64,000 nucleotides of DNA, taken from an uncultured Clostridia bacterium (GTDB lineage: Bacteria; Acidobacteriota; Aminicenantia; UBA2199). Position numbers and translations under genes: made by a program. Of the stretch, positions 50,260 through 60,493 are shown piece by piece; position 1 is the first letter of the stretch, and each line of letters starts with the position of its first letter. Below the pieces are notes generated by a model. It was not told the origin of the DNA, made no database searches, and saw nothing but the letters and a program-made list of their open reading frames with translations. The stretch lies in contig CAZWFY010000008.1 in NCBI GenBank assembly GCA_964633415.1, forward strand, positions 1,898 to 65,897. The letters run 5' to 3'.

Positions 50260-51498
50260 TTAATCAAGAAGATGAGTAATAAGACCGCTTCTTAATTTAG
50301 GCTCAAACCATGTTGATTTCGGCGGCATTATTTTCCCGGAATCCGCAACAAGAAACAGCTCTTCGATAGATGTCGGATAGAGAGAAAAAGCCAATTTAAA
50401 TTTACCTGAATCCACCAGTTTCTCCAGCTCTCCCGTACCTCTTATCCCGCCTATGAAATCAATCCTCTTGTCTCTTCTCGGATCCTCAATATTAAGAACG
50501 GGAGCAAGCAGATTGTCCTGAAGAATGGCGACATCAAGAGAAGCAACAGGATCATTTTGATCATAACTTCCATCCTTCGGTTTTAACAAATACCACTTTT
50601 CTCCGACATACATACAAAATGAGTGTCTCTGTTCAGGAACTTTAGAATCCGTCTCCTCATAAGTAAAATTTGTAGAGATCTTATGAAACAATTCAGCCTT
50701 GCACATTCCGTTCATATCTTTCACAACTCTGTTGTAAGGCAATATCTTCATCTGATTGTGAGGAAATATCACTGAAAGAAAAAAATTATACTCTTCATTG
50801 CCTGTATGGTTGGGGTTTTCATTTTCTCTCTCAATTTTTATCTTTGTAGCTGAAGCGGAACGGTGATGCCCATCTGCAACATATAAAAATTCAATCCTAT
50901 CAAATTCACTTTTTAATTCATCAATCAGTTCACTATCTTCAATAAGATAAAAAACATGTGTGACTTCATCCTCGGAAGTAAAATTATACTCCGGATCGGA
51001 TTTCATAGCTTTTTCAAAAAGTGATATCACTTTATCATTCTGTTTAAATGTAAGAAAAACAGGACCCGTATTAGCATTAAGAGTTTTAATATGACGCATA
51101 CGATCTTTTTCCTTAGCCTCTCTCGTATGTTCATGCTTTTTTATTATATCATCCTGATAATCCTTAGCCGAAGCTCCGGCTACAAGTCCTATCTGACTAT
51201 GCCCTTGCCAGATCTGTTTATAAAGATAAAAAACTTTTTCTTTATCCTGAAATAGTATCCCCGAATCAATGAACCGTTCAAAATTTTCCTTAGCCTTCAG
51301 ATATACTTCGTCCGAATAAAGATCGGTTCCGGAGGGAAGATCTATTTCAGGCTTAACAATATGTAAAAATGAAAATTCATTCCCTTTTGCCATCATTCTT
51401 GCTTCTTCGGAATTTAAGACATCATATGGGGGAGATGCTACTTCCCGAGCCAGATCCTTCTTCGGTCTTAATCCTTTAAACGGTTCAATCCTTGCCAT
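50260..51498 (-). CDS. DUF1015 family protein
   Basis: 412 aa. The characteristic N-terminus MARIEPFKGLRP. Confidence 0.7.
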   Translation of the reverse strand: MARIEPFKGLRPKKDLAREVASPPYDVLNSEEARMMAKGNEFSFLHIVKPEIDLPSGTDLYSDEVYLKAKENFERFIDSGILFQDKEKVFYLYKQIWQGHSQIGLVAGASAKDYQDDIIKKHEHTREAKEKDRMRHIKTLNANTGPVFLTFKQNDKVISLFEKAMKSDPEYNFTSEDEVTHVFYLIEDSELIDELKSEFDRIEFLYVADGHHRSASATKIKIERENENPNHTGNEEYNFFLSVIFPHNQMKILPYNRVVKDMNGMCKAELFHKISTNFTYEETDSKVPEQRHSFCMYVGEKWYLLKPKDGSYDQNDPVASLDVAILQDNLLAPVLNIEDPRRDKRIDFIGGIRGTGELEKLVDSGKFKLAFSLYPTSIEELFLVADSGKIMPPKSTWFEPKLRSGLITHLLD

Positions 51499-51550
51499 TT
51501 TTCACCTCTTGCTAATTATATGAAAAGAATCACTTCTGTCAACATTTTCG

Positions 51551-52507
51551 TTGCAAATAGCTATCCTTTTATTATGTTTTCTTAATATAAATACCATCTC
51601 TATATATAATTCTTATAAATACTCTTTAATAAAGAAAATTATTGTAAATTGTTGTAAAATTATTGAAGTGAAAATTAAAAAATTAAAGTATGAAATTTTT
51701 TTCATCATATTGATCAGTTTTTTCCATCTCGGATTCATATATTCGGGAACACTTAATATATACAATAAAAAGATTAGAAAAAGCGAGATCATCATGTTGA
51801 AGATGATAAATTATGAAAGAGAAAAAAGAGGGATTAAAAAACTTATATTTAATTCCGGATTAAGGTCAGCGGCAAAAACACATAATCTTAAAATGATAAA
51901 TGAAAATAGGCTCAGTCATAATTTTAAAGGGTATCCAAAACTCGGGAAAAGATTAGCGGAATCCGGAATATATTTTATTGCAGCAGGGGAGAATATTGCT
52001 TTCGGCAGTTTTTATCTTCCCGATTTCTTTCACAATGGCTTTATGAAGAGCAGAGAACACAGGGGAAATATCCTCGACAAAAGATTTACACATTGTGGAA
52101 TATCAGTTATCAAAAATAAAGACGGATTTTATGTTACTCAGGAATTTGCAAACATTTTTTCCCCTGAAAAAACAAAAAAACTTAAAAAGAAATTGATCGA
52201 ATATATAAAAATGATATCCGAATACGAGGGAAATACAGATATCAAATATTCATATGATACCGAATCCTATACGGATACTTTTTCCGCAGCACTCTTGAAA
52301 GGGAGAAAAACAAAATCTATTCCCAAAGAGTTGAAAGAATTCAGTCTTATCGAAATTCTCTCTCCGGAAACAACAGGAATAGAACAATTTATTTCCGGTA
52401 TTCTCAGGAAAGGACAGGTTTCTTTATTTTCCATTTCCATAAGGTTGGGAAGAAATAAAAAAAACCCCGGCGGAACATATGCTTTTGCAATGCTCTGGAA
52501 AAAATAG
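51551..52507 (+). CDS. CAP/SCP/PR-1 superfamily protein with N-terminal membrane anchor
   Basis: CAP motifs HNxxR and GENIAFG, plus a HYTQ-like GFYVTQEF. The start is uncertain; the CAP domain begins near MLKMINYE. Confidence 0.6.
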   Translation: MQIAILLLCFLNINTISIYNSYKYSLIKKIIVNCCKIIEVKIKKLKYEIFFIILISFFHLGFIYSGTLNIYNKKIRKSEIIMLKMINYEREKRGIKKLIFNSGLRSAAKTHNLKMINENRLSHNFKGYPKLGKRLAESGIYFIAAGENIAFGSFYLPDFFHNGFMKSREHRGNILDKRFTHCGISVIKNKDGFYVTQEFANIFSPEKTKKLKKKLIEYIKMISEYEGNTDIKYSYDTESYTDTFSAALLKGRKTKSIPKELKEFSLIEILSPETTGIEQFISGILRKGQVSLFSISIRLGRNKKNPGGTYAFAMLWKK

Positions 52508-52508
52508 T

Positions 52509-53777
52509 CTACTCGAATACAATTTTATTAATCTTATTCTGCAATCTTTTTAATCGTTTTTCAAAGTCTTCTCTCTGTTTACCGGTTATATCGGCAACTT
52601 CAAGTCCGGCTTGAACGATCTCAATCGCTTCATGAAAATTCTTCTCTCTATGTTCATAATGTATGGAAAGCTCTCTGAATGCAAGATGATCTCCTGAAAC
52701 ACTTAGAACCCTCCACAACTCTTTTGCCTCTTTTAAAAGATGTTCTCTCTTTTTTATCATAGCAAATCTTTTAACCGACTGAAAAACGATCTCCTGCCTA
52801 TAATCAGAAGAATTCAACAAACTATACAGCAATCCGGCTTTTTCCAAATTTCCGAAACGTTCATACAGCCTCGCTATACCAAAAATCTCACCTTCATCAT
52901 CAATCACAGACAGATCATCCATATATTTCACTCCGAGCAGAAGAAGGGCCGACAATCCGACAATATCCATAGCATTATGTTCAATAATATTTTCAATAAG
53001 GGAAAAATTTCCACTTCTCAGATAACTAAAATAGAGAGAAGGAATAAGACTTCCGTCTACATCTTCATCCCTTGAAATATCAAGAAGAATATCTCCAAGA
53101 TAACCGAGTCTTCTTGATTCATATGTATTTTTCCATATAATTCTTGCAACCGGAAGAAAATCAAGATGAGGAATCTTTTGAAGAGGAAATCTTTTTCTGT
53201 TCAAAATATAACGTGTCTCCATCAATGGGAAATCAAATGATTTTCCATTGTATGTTACGGTTGCGGAAAAATCATTTTCAGACAGAAAACTATCAACGGC
53301 ATCAAGAAATTTCCCCTCTTCTTCAAGATTATTCAGGACAAATATTTTAACTTTAAAAAAACCCTCTTCAAAAAATCCGAACCCCAGCATAAAGGGGATT
53401 GTACCGGTCCCTCCGGAAAGACCTGTGGTCTCCGTATCAAAATATAAAAATTTTCCGGGATCAATTTTTTTTATTGAAGAATCTTTAAATATAACCGAAA
53501 GAATTTCCGGATTGATCTCAAACCATTCTGCAAGTCTGACCTTACCGAATTTACTTTCAAGCGGATAACTGTATTCTCTTAGTATATAATCATCTAACCG
53601 GTCTGCTTCTTCTTTTATCGGAACACTCTCTCTTACTTTCTCTTTCCCGATATTCTGCTTAACAAGTTTCTCCAGTTTCTCTCTTGTAGAAAGTCCGTTA
53701 TTTGATCTGATCTTATTCCAATCTTTTTTAATTTTATCTTTTCCAAGATCATTTAACTTTTTTTTTAAATCACTCAT
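52509..53777 (-). CDS. RNase H-like (YprB/DUF2779-type) predicted exonuclease with C-terminal helical repeats
   Basis: LYFDTETTGLSGGTGTIPFMLGF is a DEDD-like exonuclease motif. C-terminal TPR-like region. Confidence 0.6.
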   Translation of the reverse strand: MSDLKKKLNDLGKDKIKKDWNKIRSNNGLSTREKLEKLVKQNIGKEKVRESVPIKEEADRLDDYILREYSYPLESKFGKVRLAEWFEINPEILSVIFKDSSIKKIDPGKFLYFDTETTGLSGGTGTIPFMLGFGFFEEGFFKVKIFVLNNLEEEGKFLDAVDSFLSENDFSATVTYNGKSFDFPLMETRYILNRKRFPLQKIPHLDFLPVARIIWKNTYESRRLGYLGDILLDISRDEDVDGSLIPSLYFSYLRSGNFSLIENIIEHNAMDIVGLSALLLLGVKYMDDLSVIDDEGEIFGIARLYERFGNLEKAGLLYSLLNSSDYRQEIVFQSVKRFAMIKKREHLLKEAKELWRVLSVSGDHLAFRELSIHYEHREKNFHEAIEIVQAGLEVADITGKQREDFEKRLKRLQNKINKIVFE

Positions 53778-53862
53778 AAGACAATCTATATGATTATAAC
53801 CCGGAATAAATTTAAAAACATAATATAGTTTTCGGAATTTTTTTTAAATGATAATAATCGGA

Positions 53863-54789
53863 TCAGTCGATAATAAAATCCATCGGATTCAAAGCTTTCC
53901 CCATAAATCTGACTTCATAGTGAAGATGCGGTCCTGTACTTCTTCCCGAACTGCCTACAAAACCTATAACCTGACCACGTTTTACTCGATCGCCCTCTTT
54001 TACATTAAATGCGGAAAGATGACCATATCTGGTTGTATATCCGAAATTATGATCAATTATAATCATATTACCGTAATAGTCTCTGTATTCTGCTACAAGA
54101 ACAACTCCATCGGCAGGAGCAATAACTCTATTCCCGGACTGAGTAGCTATATCCTGCCCATAATGAAAACTTCTTTTTCCTGTGAAAGGATGTATTCTCG
54201 GACCGAAAGAGTTTGTCAGATATCCTCTCGTCGGCCATATTGAAGGAGTAGAAGCCAATCTGACTTTCTGTTTTGTAATAACATTCTCAACAAATTTAAG
54301 AGTATCCTCTATTTTTTTTGCATCTTTCAGATCATTTATAGATTCCTTCAGTATAGACCTCTTTTCTAAAGCGGAATTTATCATATTTCCATTCTGAACA
54401 AGTTCAACATCGGAAGATATATCTACAACAGGACCACCGCCGGCTCCAATTTTTTTTAATGCGTTAGGCGACGTCAACCCGGAAGCAACAAGAATTCTTT
54501 TTTTGAAATCTCTCATTTTCATAAGACTTTTTTCAGTTTTCTTAACATTTCTTACAAGCTGTGTAATTATTTTTGTTTTTTGAACGGTTTCGGATTCAAG
54601 TTTTTTCATTTTAGCCCGATCAACGGAAATCGTCATATAATCAAAAATTATATATCCGAACATAATTAAAAAAACCGAAACTGCAATTATCGAATTCCTT
54701 ACAAGTTTTGAAGATAGAAAGAACTCTTTACTATCCGTGGAAGCGTCGGATACGATTATTACTGAATAAGATTTCATTTTTCCAGCCAT
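53863..54789 (-). CDS. M23 family metallopeptidase (membrane-anchored, coiled-coil linker)
   Basis: HYGQD and GSSGRSTGPHLHYE motifs. Confidence 0.85.
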   Translation of the reverse strand: MAGKMKSYSVIIVSDASTDSKEFFLSSKLVRNSIIAVSVFLIMFGYIIFDYMTISVDRAKMKKLESETVQKTKIITQLVRNVKKTEKSLMKMRDFKKRILVASGLTSPNALKKIGAGGGPVVDISSDVELVQNGNMINSALEKRSILKESINDLKDAKKIEDTLKFVENVITKQKVRLASTPSIWPTRGYLTNSFGPRIHPFTGKRSFHYGQDIATQSGNRVIAPADGVVLVAEYRDYYGNMIIIDHNFGYTTRYGHLSAFNVKEGDRVKRGQVIGFVGSSGRSTGPHLHYEVRFMGKALNPMDFIID

Positions 54790-54923
54790 TATTTTACCTT
54801 CGACTTATACATTAATTTTTTCTGAAAGTCAAGATATTCAACGGTTATTAATAAAAAAACAGAATTTTAAACTTGACATTTTTATTTAAAAAATGTTAAA
54901 AGTTTATTTAAAAAGGAGGAGTA

Positions 54924-56297
54924 ATGAAAAAATCGGTTATACTTGCAGACAACAGTTATACAATCAGAAGAATTGTTGAACTGTCTTTCTCCGAAGAAGA
55001 AGACATTGATCTGATAAGTCTTGACACGGGACTTAATATAAAAGAGAAGATATTAGAGATAAAACCTTCGGTTATACTTGCCGATATAAAACTTCCCGAA
55101 ACCGACGGATATGAGATATGCAGATTTATTAACAATAGCGAAGAACTCAAAGCTACCAAGGTTTTTCTTATCAAGGGTGGTTTTGAGCCGGTTGACGAAG
55201 CACAATTAAAAGATTTAACTTATGTTGACTTTATAACCAAGCCCTTTGATTCAAAAGCTCTTGTATCAAGAATAAAAGATATGCTTTCAACAGATCAAGC
55301 AGAACTCCAACCTACTCAGGAAACTGAGATCCCATCATCAATTCCCGAAGATATTCCCTCTATAGACGGAATTGAAGATGTCGGGGAGGATATCAGTTTT
55401 TCAGATATCGGGGAAAACATTGATACCGAAAAGTTTTTCGGAGACAATGAAACACAAAGTCGGGAACCGATCGGTGATGAAGTCCAGCCCTCCGAAGAGA
55501 TAACTCAGGGGGCAGGAAACGAGGAATCCGATGACAAACTCTCTCCTGATTTTTCAGATGAACTTGAAAATCCTTTCGAAGGCGACAATTCAATCTCAGT
55601 AGACTCTTCTGATCTCTCCACTGAAGAAAGAGAGATCAGAGCAAATATAAAAAAGCAGGAAGAAGAGTTAAATATCGGATCTCTCACAATGGAAGAGATT
55701 AATATAGAAAATGAGATTAAAAAGAGAGAAAATCCGGAGCTTCAGCCCAAAGACAACAATGTTGAGGAAGTAAGTAAAAGCATTGTTGAAAATATTTCGG
55801 CTCCATCTTCGATAGAAGATATAGATGATTCTCAACTTGAGAATGTTTTTAGCCCGAAACAGGAACAACCGATAATTGAGGAGCCTCCAAAACCCCAGCG
55901 TGAAGAGACAAAGAAGACAATTCCGGATGTTCCCGAGACCACTATCAGCACACCGGAAACCGCTCATCATACAGACCGAAAGGAAGAGATTGAAAAGGTT
56001 CTTTCGGAGATTAAGGTATCCGAAGAAAAAATTTCCACAGAAACTCCGCCGGTCATCAACGAACCACCTGTTGCTAATAATGTAACAGAGACTCCTGTAA
56101 ATGAAACTCCTTTACAAACTCCGGATATCCCGAATAAAGATATTATCATGAAGAATGTTGAAGACAAACTTTCTCAATCCGTAAAAGAAATTCTATGGGA
56201 AATAGTTCCTCCTCTCGCTGAAAAGCTGATAAAAGAGGAGATCGACAAAATAGAAAACCAGATTGACAAAGAGTTGTCCCGGGAAAAACCGGAATAG
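54924..56297 (+). CDS. Orphan response-regulator receiver domain with about 280-aa acidic disordered tail and a short conserved C-terminal helix
   Basis: REC motifs include the phospho-acceptor LADIKLPETDG and a KP. An E/D/S/P-rich region follows. C-terminal amphipathic helix KEILWEIVPPLAEKLIKEEIDKIE. Confidence 0.65.
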   Translation: MKKSVILADNSYTIRRIVELSFSEEEDIDLISLDTGLNIKEKILEIKPSVILADIKLPETDGYEICRFINNSEELKATKVFLIKGGFEPVDEAQLKDLTYVDFITKPFDSKALVSRIKDMLSTDQAELQPTQETEIPSSIPEDIPSIDGIEDVGEDISFSDIGENIDTEKFFGDNETQSREPIGDEVQPSEEITQGAGNEESDDKLSPDFSDELENPFEGDNSISVDSSDLSTEEREIRANIKKQEEELNIGSLTMEEINIENEIKKRENPELQPKDNNVEEVSKSIVENISAPSSIEDIDDSQLENVFSPKQEQPIIEEPPKPQREETKKTIPDVPETTISTPETAHHTDRKEEIEKVLSEIKVSEEKISTETPPVINEPPVANNVTETPVNETPLQTPDIPNKDIIMKNVEDKLSQSVKEILWEIVPPLAEKLIKEEIDKIENQIDKELSREKPE

Positions 56298-56382
56298 TAT
56301 CATCTCGTGTTTTTCTTGTAAAATTTTTAGAAATATTTAAAATTCGTGGTAAAATTCCCAAATAAAACAGGAGAATTATTTT

Positions 56383-58998
56383 ATGGACAAGAGCTACAAC
56401 ATCGCAGAAACAGAGAACGGATGGTATGAAAAATGGGTAAAAGCAGACCTTTTCAAAACTGATACAACGGCAGAAGGACAACCTTTTTCAATGATATTAC
56501 CACCTCCCAATATAACCGGATCACTTCACATGGGGCATGCACTTACATTCACAATCCCGGATATTATTATAAGAAGAAAAAAGATGGAGGGATATAACAC
56601 TCTATGGCTTCCGGGAATTGACCATGCCGGTATTGCAACCCAGATGATCGTTGAAAAAAAATTAAAATCCGAAAAAAACATATCAAGAGAAGAGTTGGGA
56701 AGAGAAGAGTTTCTCAAGGTAGTTTGGGAATGGAAAGAGACTTCGGAGAATAGAATAATTGAGCAAGTCGAACGATTGGGTCTCTCTCTTGACTGGAGCA
56801 GAAAAAAATTCACTCTGTCTGAAGAGATGGAAAAAGTTGTTTCCAAAGTTTTTGTAAAACTCTATAAAGAGGGAAAGATTTACAGAGGAACCTATATGGT
56901 CAACTATTGTCCCTCCTGTAAAACAGTTCTATCCGACCTTGAAGTAAACCATAAAGAGATCGAGGGGAAACTCACATATATAAAATATCCTGTAAAAAAT
57001 AACACTTCGAGATTTATCGTTGTTGCCACGACAAGACCCGAGACCATGCTTGGCGATTCAGCTGTTGCGGTAAACCCAAAAGATAAAAGATATGAAGATC
57101 TCATCGGAGAAGAACTTATCCTTCCTCTTACAAACAGAACTATTAAAATAATTTCAGATGAAGATGTATCAAAAGAGTTCGGAACCGGAGCGGTAAAGGT
57201 CACACCTGCCCACGATCCGGTTGATTATGCAATAGGATTGAGACATAACCTTGAAAAAAGAATAGTAATAGATGAAAGTGGAAAAATGTCCGGAGATATT
57301 CCCACTGAATTCAAGGGTCTGTCAAGAGAAGAGTGTAGAAAAGTAATTATCACAAAGTTAAAAAGCTCCGGACTTATTGAAAAAGAAGAGGACTATATCC
57401 ATAATGTCGGACATTGCCAAAGATGTGAGACGGTAGTTGAACCGTTGATTTCCGAACAGTGGTTTTTAAAGACCGAGGAACTTGCAAAACCGGCAATTGA
57501 AGTTGTAAAAAACGGAAAAATTGAATTTATACCCAAAAAATGGGAGAAAATATATTTCAACTGGATGAACAACATCAGAGACTGGTGTATATCAAGACAG
57601 CTCTGGTGGGGACACAGGATCCCGGCATATTATTGCGATGAATGCAACAACCTGATGGTTCAATCCGAAAAACCTGAAAAATGTGATAAGTGTAACTCTA
57701 AAAAAATAACTATGGATCCAGATGTTTTGGATACATGGTTCTCTTCTGCACTATGGCCTTTCTCAACTCTCGGTTGGAACAATAACTCGGAAGATTTCAA
57801 AACATTCTACCCTACATCTCTAATGGCTACCGGATTTGATATTATTTTCTTCTGGGTAGCACGAATGATAATGATGGGAATACATTTCGGCAAAGATATT
57901 CCGTTCAGAAAGGTTCTTATTAACGGTCTTATTAGAGATGAGCACGGCCGCAAAATGAGCAAGACAAAAAACAATGTTATTGATCCCCTTGATATTATTG
58001 AAGAATACGGAACGGATGCACTTAGATTCACTCTTGCCATACAGGCTGTTCCGGGAATGGATATATCACTCTCCCTAAATAGAATAAAGGGATATAAAGC
58101 TTTTGCAAATAAGATATGGAATGCTTCAAGGTTTGTGATTTTAAATCTTAAAAGTAGTGAGGACAGCTCTTTTAAAACTGAAAATTTGACCTTAACCGAC
58201 AAGTGGATCCTTCACGGATTAAACTTGCTGGTAAAAAAAGTTAACGACCTGATGGATAATTACAGCATTAATGAAGCTGCCGACCTTATCTATCACTTTT
58301 TCTGGCATGAATATTGTGACTGGTATCTTGAATTCTCAAAGACAGATATTTCCGATATTAATACAAGAAAAGTTTTAAAATATACACTTTTTACTCTTTT
58401 GCAACTTTTACATCCGTTTATGCCCTTTATTACCGAAGAGATATATCAAAAAATAAAAGATGAAAAAGATTTTCTTCTTCAGACCGGATTCCCTGTTTTC
58501 CATAGTAAATTCGCTTTTACAAAAGAGTATAAATATGTGGAGACTATCAAAGAAATAATTTCCGAGACGAGAAAAACAAGGACAGAGAACAGAATTGACC
58601 CCGGTAAAAGAATGAATATATTTTTAAAAACCTCAAAGCCGGAAGAAGAGGCTCCGGTCAGATCGGGAATTAAATATTTTGACTTTCTTACAAGGAGTGC
58701 AAAGACCGAGATAGTTTCCGATCTTTCCGAACTTCCGAGGGGATTTAGAGGTGTAACATCCGGTTGGGAAATATTATTACCTTTTGACAAAGATGAAGAT
58801 CGCCTAAAAGAGATAAAAAGACTTGAGTCGGAAATGGATAAGCTATCAAACCTTATCAAAAATGTTGAGACAAAACTTTCAAATAAAAATTTCACAGACA
58901 GAGCTCCGAAAAAGATAGTTGACGGATTTAAGACAACACTTCAGGACTCAATTGATAAAAAGGAAAAAATTGAAAAAACATTAAATGACCTATCCTGA
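56383..58998 (+). CDS. valS: Valine--tRNA ligase
   Basis: 871 aa. HIGH (LHMGHAL) and KMSKS (KMSKT) motifs. C-terminal coiled coil. Confidence 0.95.
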   Translation: MDKSYNIAETENGWYEKWVKADLFKTDTTAEGQPFSMILPPPNITGSLHMGHALTFTIPDIIIRRKKMEGYNTLWLPGIDHAGIATQMIVEKKLKSEKNISREELGREEFLKVVWEWKETSENRIIEQVERLGLSLDWSRKKFTLSEEMEKVVSKVFVKLYKEGKIYRGTYMVNYCPSCKTVLSDLEVNHKEIEGKLTYIKYPVKNNTSRFIVVATTRPETMLGDSAVAVNPKDKRYEDLIGEELILPLTNRTIKIISDEDVSKEFGTGAVKVTPAHDPVDYAIGLRHNLEKRIVIDESGKMSGDIPTEFKGLSREECRKVIITKLKSSGLIEKEEDYIHNVGHCQRCETVVEPLISEQWFLKTEELAKPAIEVVKNGKIEFIPKKWEKIYFNWMNNIRDWCISRQLWWGHRIPAYYCDECNNLMVQSEKPEKCDKCNSKKITMDPDVLDTWFSSALWPFSTLGWNNNSEDFKTFYPTSLMATGFDIIFFWVARMIMMGIHFGKDIPFRKVLINGLIRDEHGRKMSKTKNNVIDPLDIIEEYGTDALRFTLAIQAVPGMDISLSLNRIKGYKAFANKIWNASRFVILNLKSSEDSSFKTENLTLTDKWILHGLNLLVKKVNDLMDNYSINEAADLIYHFFWHEYCDWYLEFSKTDISDINTRKVLKYTLFTLLQLLHPFMPFITEEIYQKIKDEKDFLLQTGFPVFHSKFAFTKEYKYVETIKEIISETRKTRTENRIDPGKRMNIFLKTSKPEEEAPVRSGIKYFDFLTRSAKTEIVSDLSELPRGFRGVTSGWEILLPFDKDEDRLKEIKRLESEMDKLSNLIKNVETKLSNKNFTDRAPKKIVDGFKTTLQDSIDKKEKIEKTLNDLS

Positions 58999-59740
58999 AG
59001 GTTTGAAAATAATCAGAAAGAAAAGTATATATTCTACAAATCTGTTCTTAAAGGAAAATTTTAATAATTACTCGGATATCTCCCCATTGATAATTATTGC
59101 AAATGAACAGACCGCCGGAAGAGGACAAGGAGATCACAAATGGTTCTCTCCGAGAAATACCGGTATTTACATATCATTTCTTTTTAAACTGTCTACAGGA
59201 TCGGATATAGGATTACTTCCTATGTGCACCGGAAATTCAATAGTCGAATCACTGAAAAAAAAAGTAAATATCAAATGCAGTCTGAAATGGCCGAATGACA
59301 TTGAATTTGAAGGGAAGAAACTCGGAGGAATTCTAACTGAGAACTCTTTTTTAAAGGAAAATGTAATCTCAATAATCGGAATAGGCTTAAATGTTAATAA
59401 CAAAATCAACGAATTTCCTCAAGAATTATCAGAAAAAGCTACTTCCCTTTCCCTTATTTGCGGAAAGGATTTTAAAACGGAACCTATAATAATGGAGATT
59501 GCAACCCAACTGACAAATAGGATCAGTAAGATAAAAAAAGGGAAAGGCAGAGAAATAGCAGAAGAATATAAAAGTTTCCTGAAGCATAAAGCGGGAGATC
59601 TTATCTCATTTCACCATTCGGGGAAATCCATCAAAGGATATTTTGCAGGGATAAACAGTTCGGGAGGAATTATTTTAAAAACCGGAACAGGAGAGACCAA
59701 GATATTCTATTCAGGTGAAATCTCAACTAATATCCGATAA
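58985..59740 (+). CDS. birA: Biotin--[acetyl-CoA-carboxylase] ligase (class I, no HTH)
   Basis: GRGQGDHKWFSP and KWPNDI motifs. Confidence 0.8.
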   Translation: MTYPEGLKIIRKKSIYSTNLFLKENFNNYSDISPLIIIANEQTAGRGQGDHKWFSPRNTGIYISFLFKLSTGSDIGLLPMCTGNSIVESLKKKVNIKCSLKWPNDIEFEGKKLGGILTENSFLKENVISIIGIGLNVNNKINEFPQELSEKATSLSLICGKDFKTEPIIMEIATQLTNRISKIKKGKGREIAEEYKSFLKHKAGDLISFHHSGKSIKGYFAGINSSGGIILKTGTGETKIFYSGEISTNIR

Positions 59741-60493
59741 TTTTTTTGATAAAAGATTATATAACTCTCTGTTATCACCTTTTAATTTATCCATATGAAG
59801 CCTGATAATATCTTTTTCGCCTCTCTGGACAGGACCGGACAGCGATTTTTCTATTCCCATATTTTCCATATTGGAAACGGTTTGTTTTATCAAAGGGAGA
59901 AGCGGTACAATTCCCTCCTTATTTCCGGTCATTTCCAACTGAGCTTCAGCAAATTTAACAAGAGATATTAAAAAATTTGAAGATATAACAGCAGCCATAT
60001 GATAAAATACTTTCTCTTCTTTTTTAACTATGACAATTTTTCCTTCAAGCATTGAAACCAGCTCCTTTGATAGATCAACTGCCTTTTGGTCCCCCTCGGT
60101 CAGAAAGAACACACCTCTAAAAATCATCGGATCCTTTTTCAGATCAACAAAGGTTTGCAAAGGTGAAAGAGAGGCAACAATACCTCCCCTTTCTTTTATT
60201 GGAGTAAGTTCATCTGAAGTCAGAGAATTTGATGTATGGAAAAATATTTTGCCCTTCGGTTCCGATTTTTCAGAAATCTCATTTGCAATTTCTGAAATTG
60301 AAGATTCTCCGGTAGCAATGAATACCATATCCGAATCGGAAACTAACTTTTTTATATCATCTTCTATAAATTTTTTAAAATATTCAAATTTAGATCTTTT
60401 ATAGATATATTTTAACTTGAATCCCGATTGCTCGAGTGAATAAGCAAGATTAGCTCCTAATTTTCCCGCACCTACAATTGAAAACGAATCTAT
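59723..60493 (-). CDS. Rossmann-like + DUF2520 domain protein (NADP oxidoreductase/ketopantoate-reductase-like); start codon non-canonical or disrupted
   Basis: The reading frame is open from 60517. It encodes SFSIVGAGKLGANLAYSL (GxGxxG) upstream of the first ATG at 60328. There is no ATG, GTG or TTG between 60476 and 60517. Confidence 0.55.
   Translation of the reverse strand: MDSFSIVGAGKLGANLAYSLEQSGFKLKYIYKRSKFEYFKKFIEDDIKKLVSDSDMVFIATGESSISEIANEISEKSEPKGKIFFHTSNSLTSDELTPIKERGGIVASLSPLQTFVDLKKDPMIFRGVFFLTEGDQKAVDLSKELVSMLEGKIVIVKKEEKVFYHMAAVISSNFLISLVKFAEAQLEMTGNKEGIVPLLPLIKQTVSNMENMGIEKSLSGPVQRGEKDIIRLHMDKLKGDNRELYNLLSKKLSDIS

Noticed and set aside
54869-54905. Upstream regions of the receiver-domain gene and of perR both read TTGACATTT...AAAAAATGTTA
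   Set aside because: The spacing between the shared blocks differs (20 nt versus 16 nt) and the background is extremely AT-rich. It is most likely two ordinary sigma70 promoters rather than a shared regulatory element.
55300-56150. Acidic low-complexity stretch with loosely recurring E/D/S/P segments inside the response-regulator ORF
   Set aside because: There is no exact nucleotide periodicity. It reads as a disordered protein region, not a DNA repeat array.
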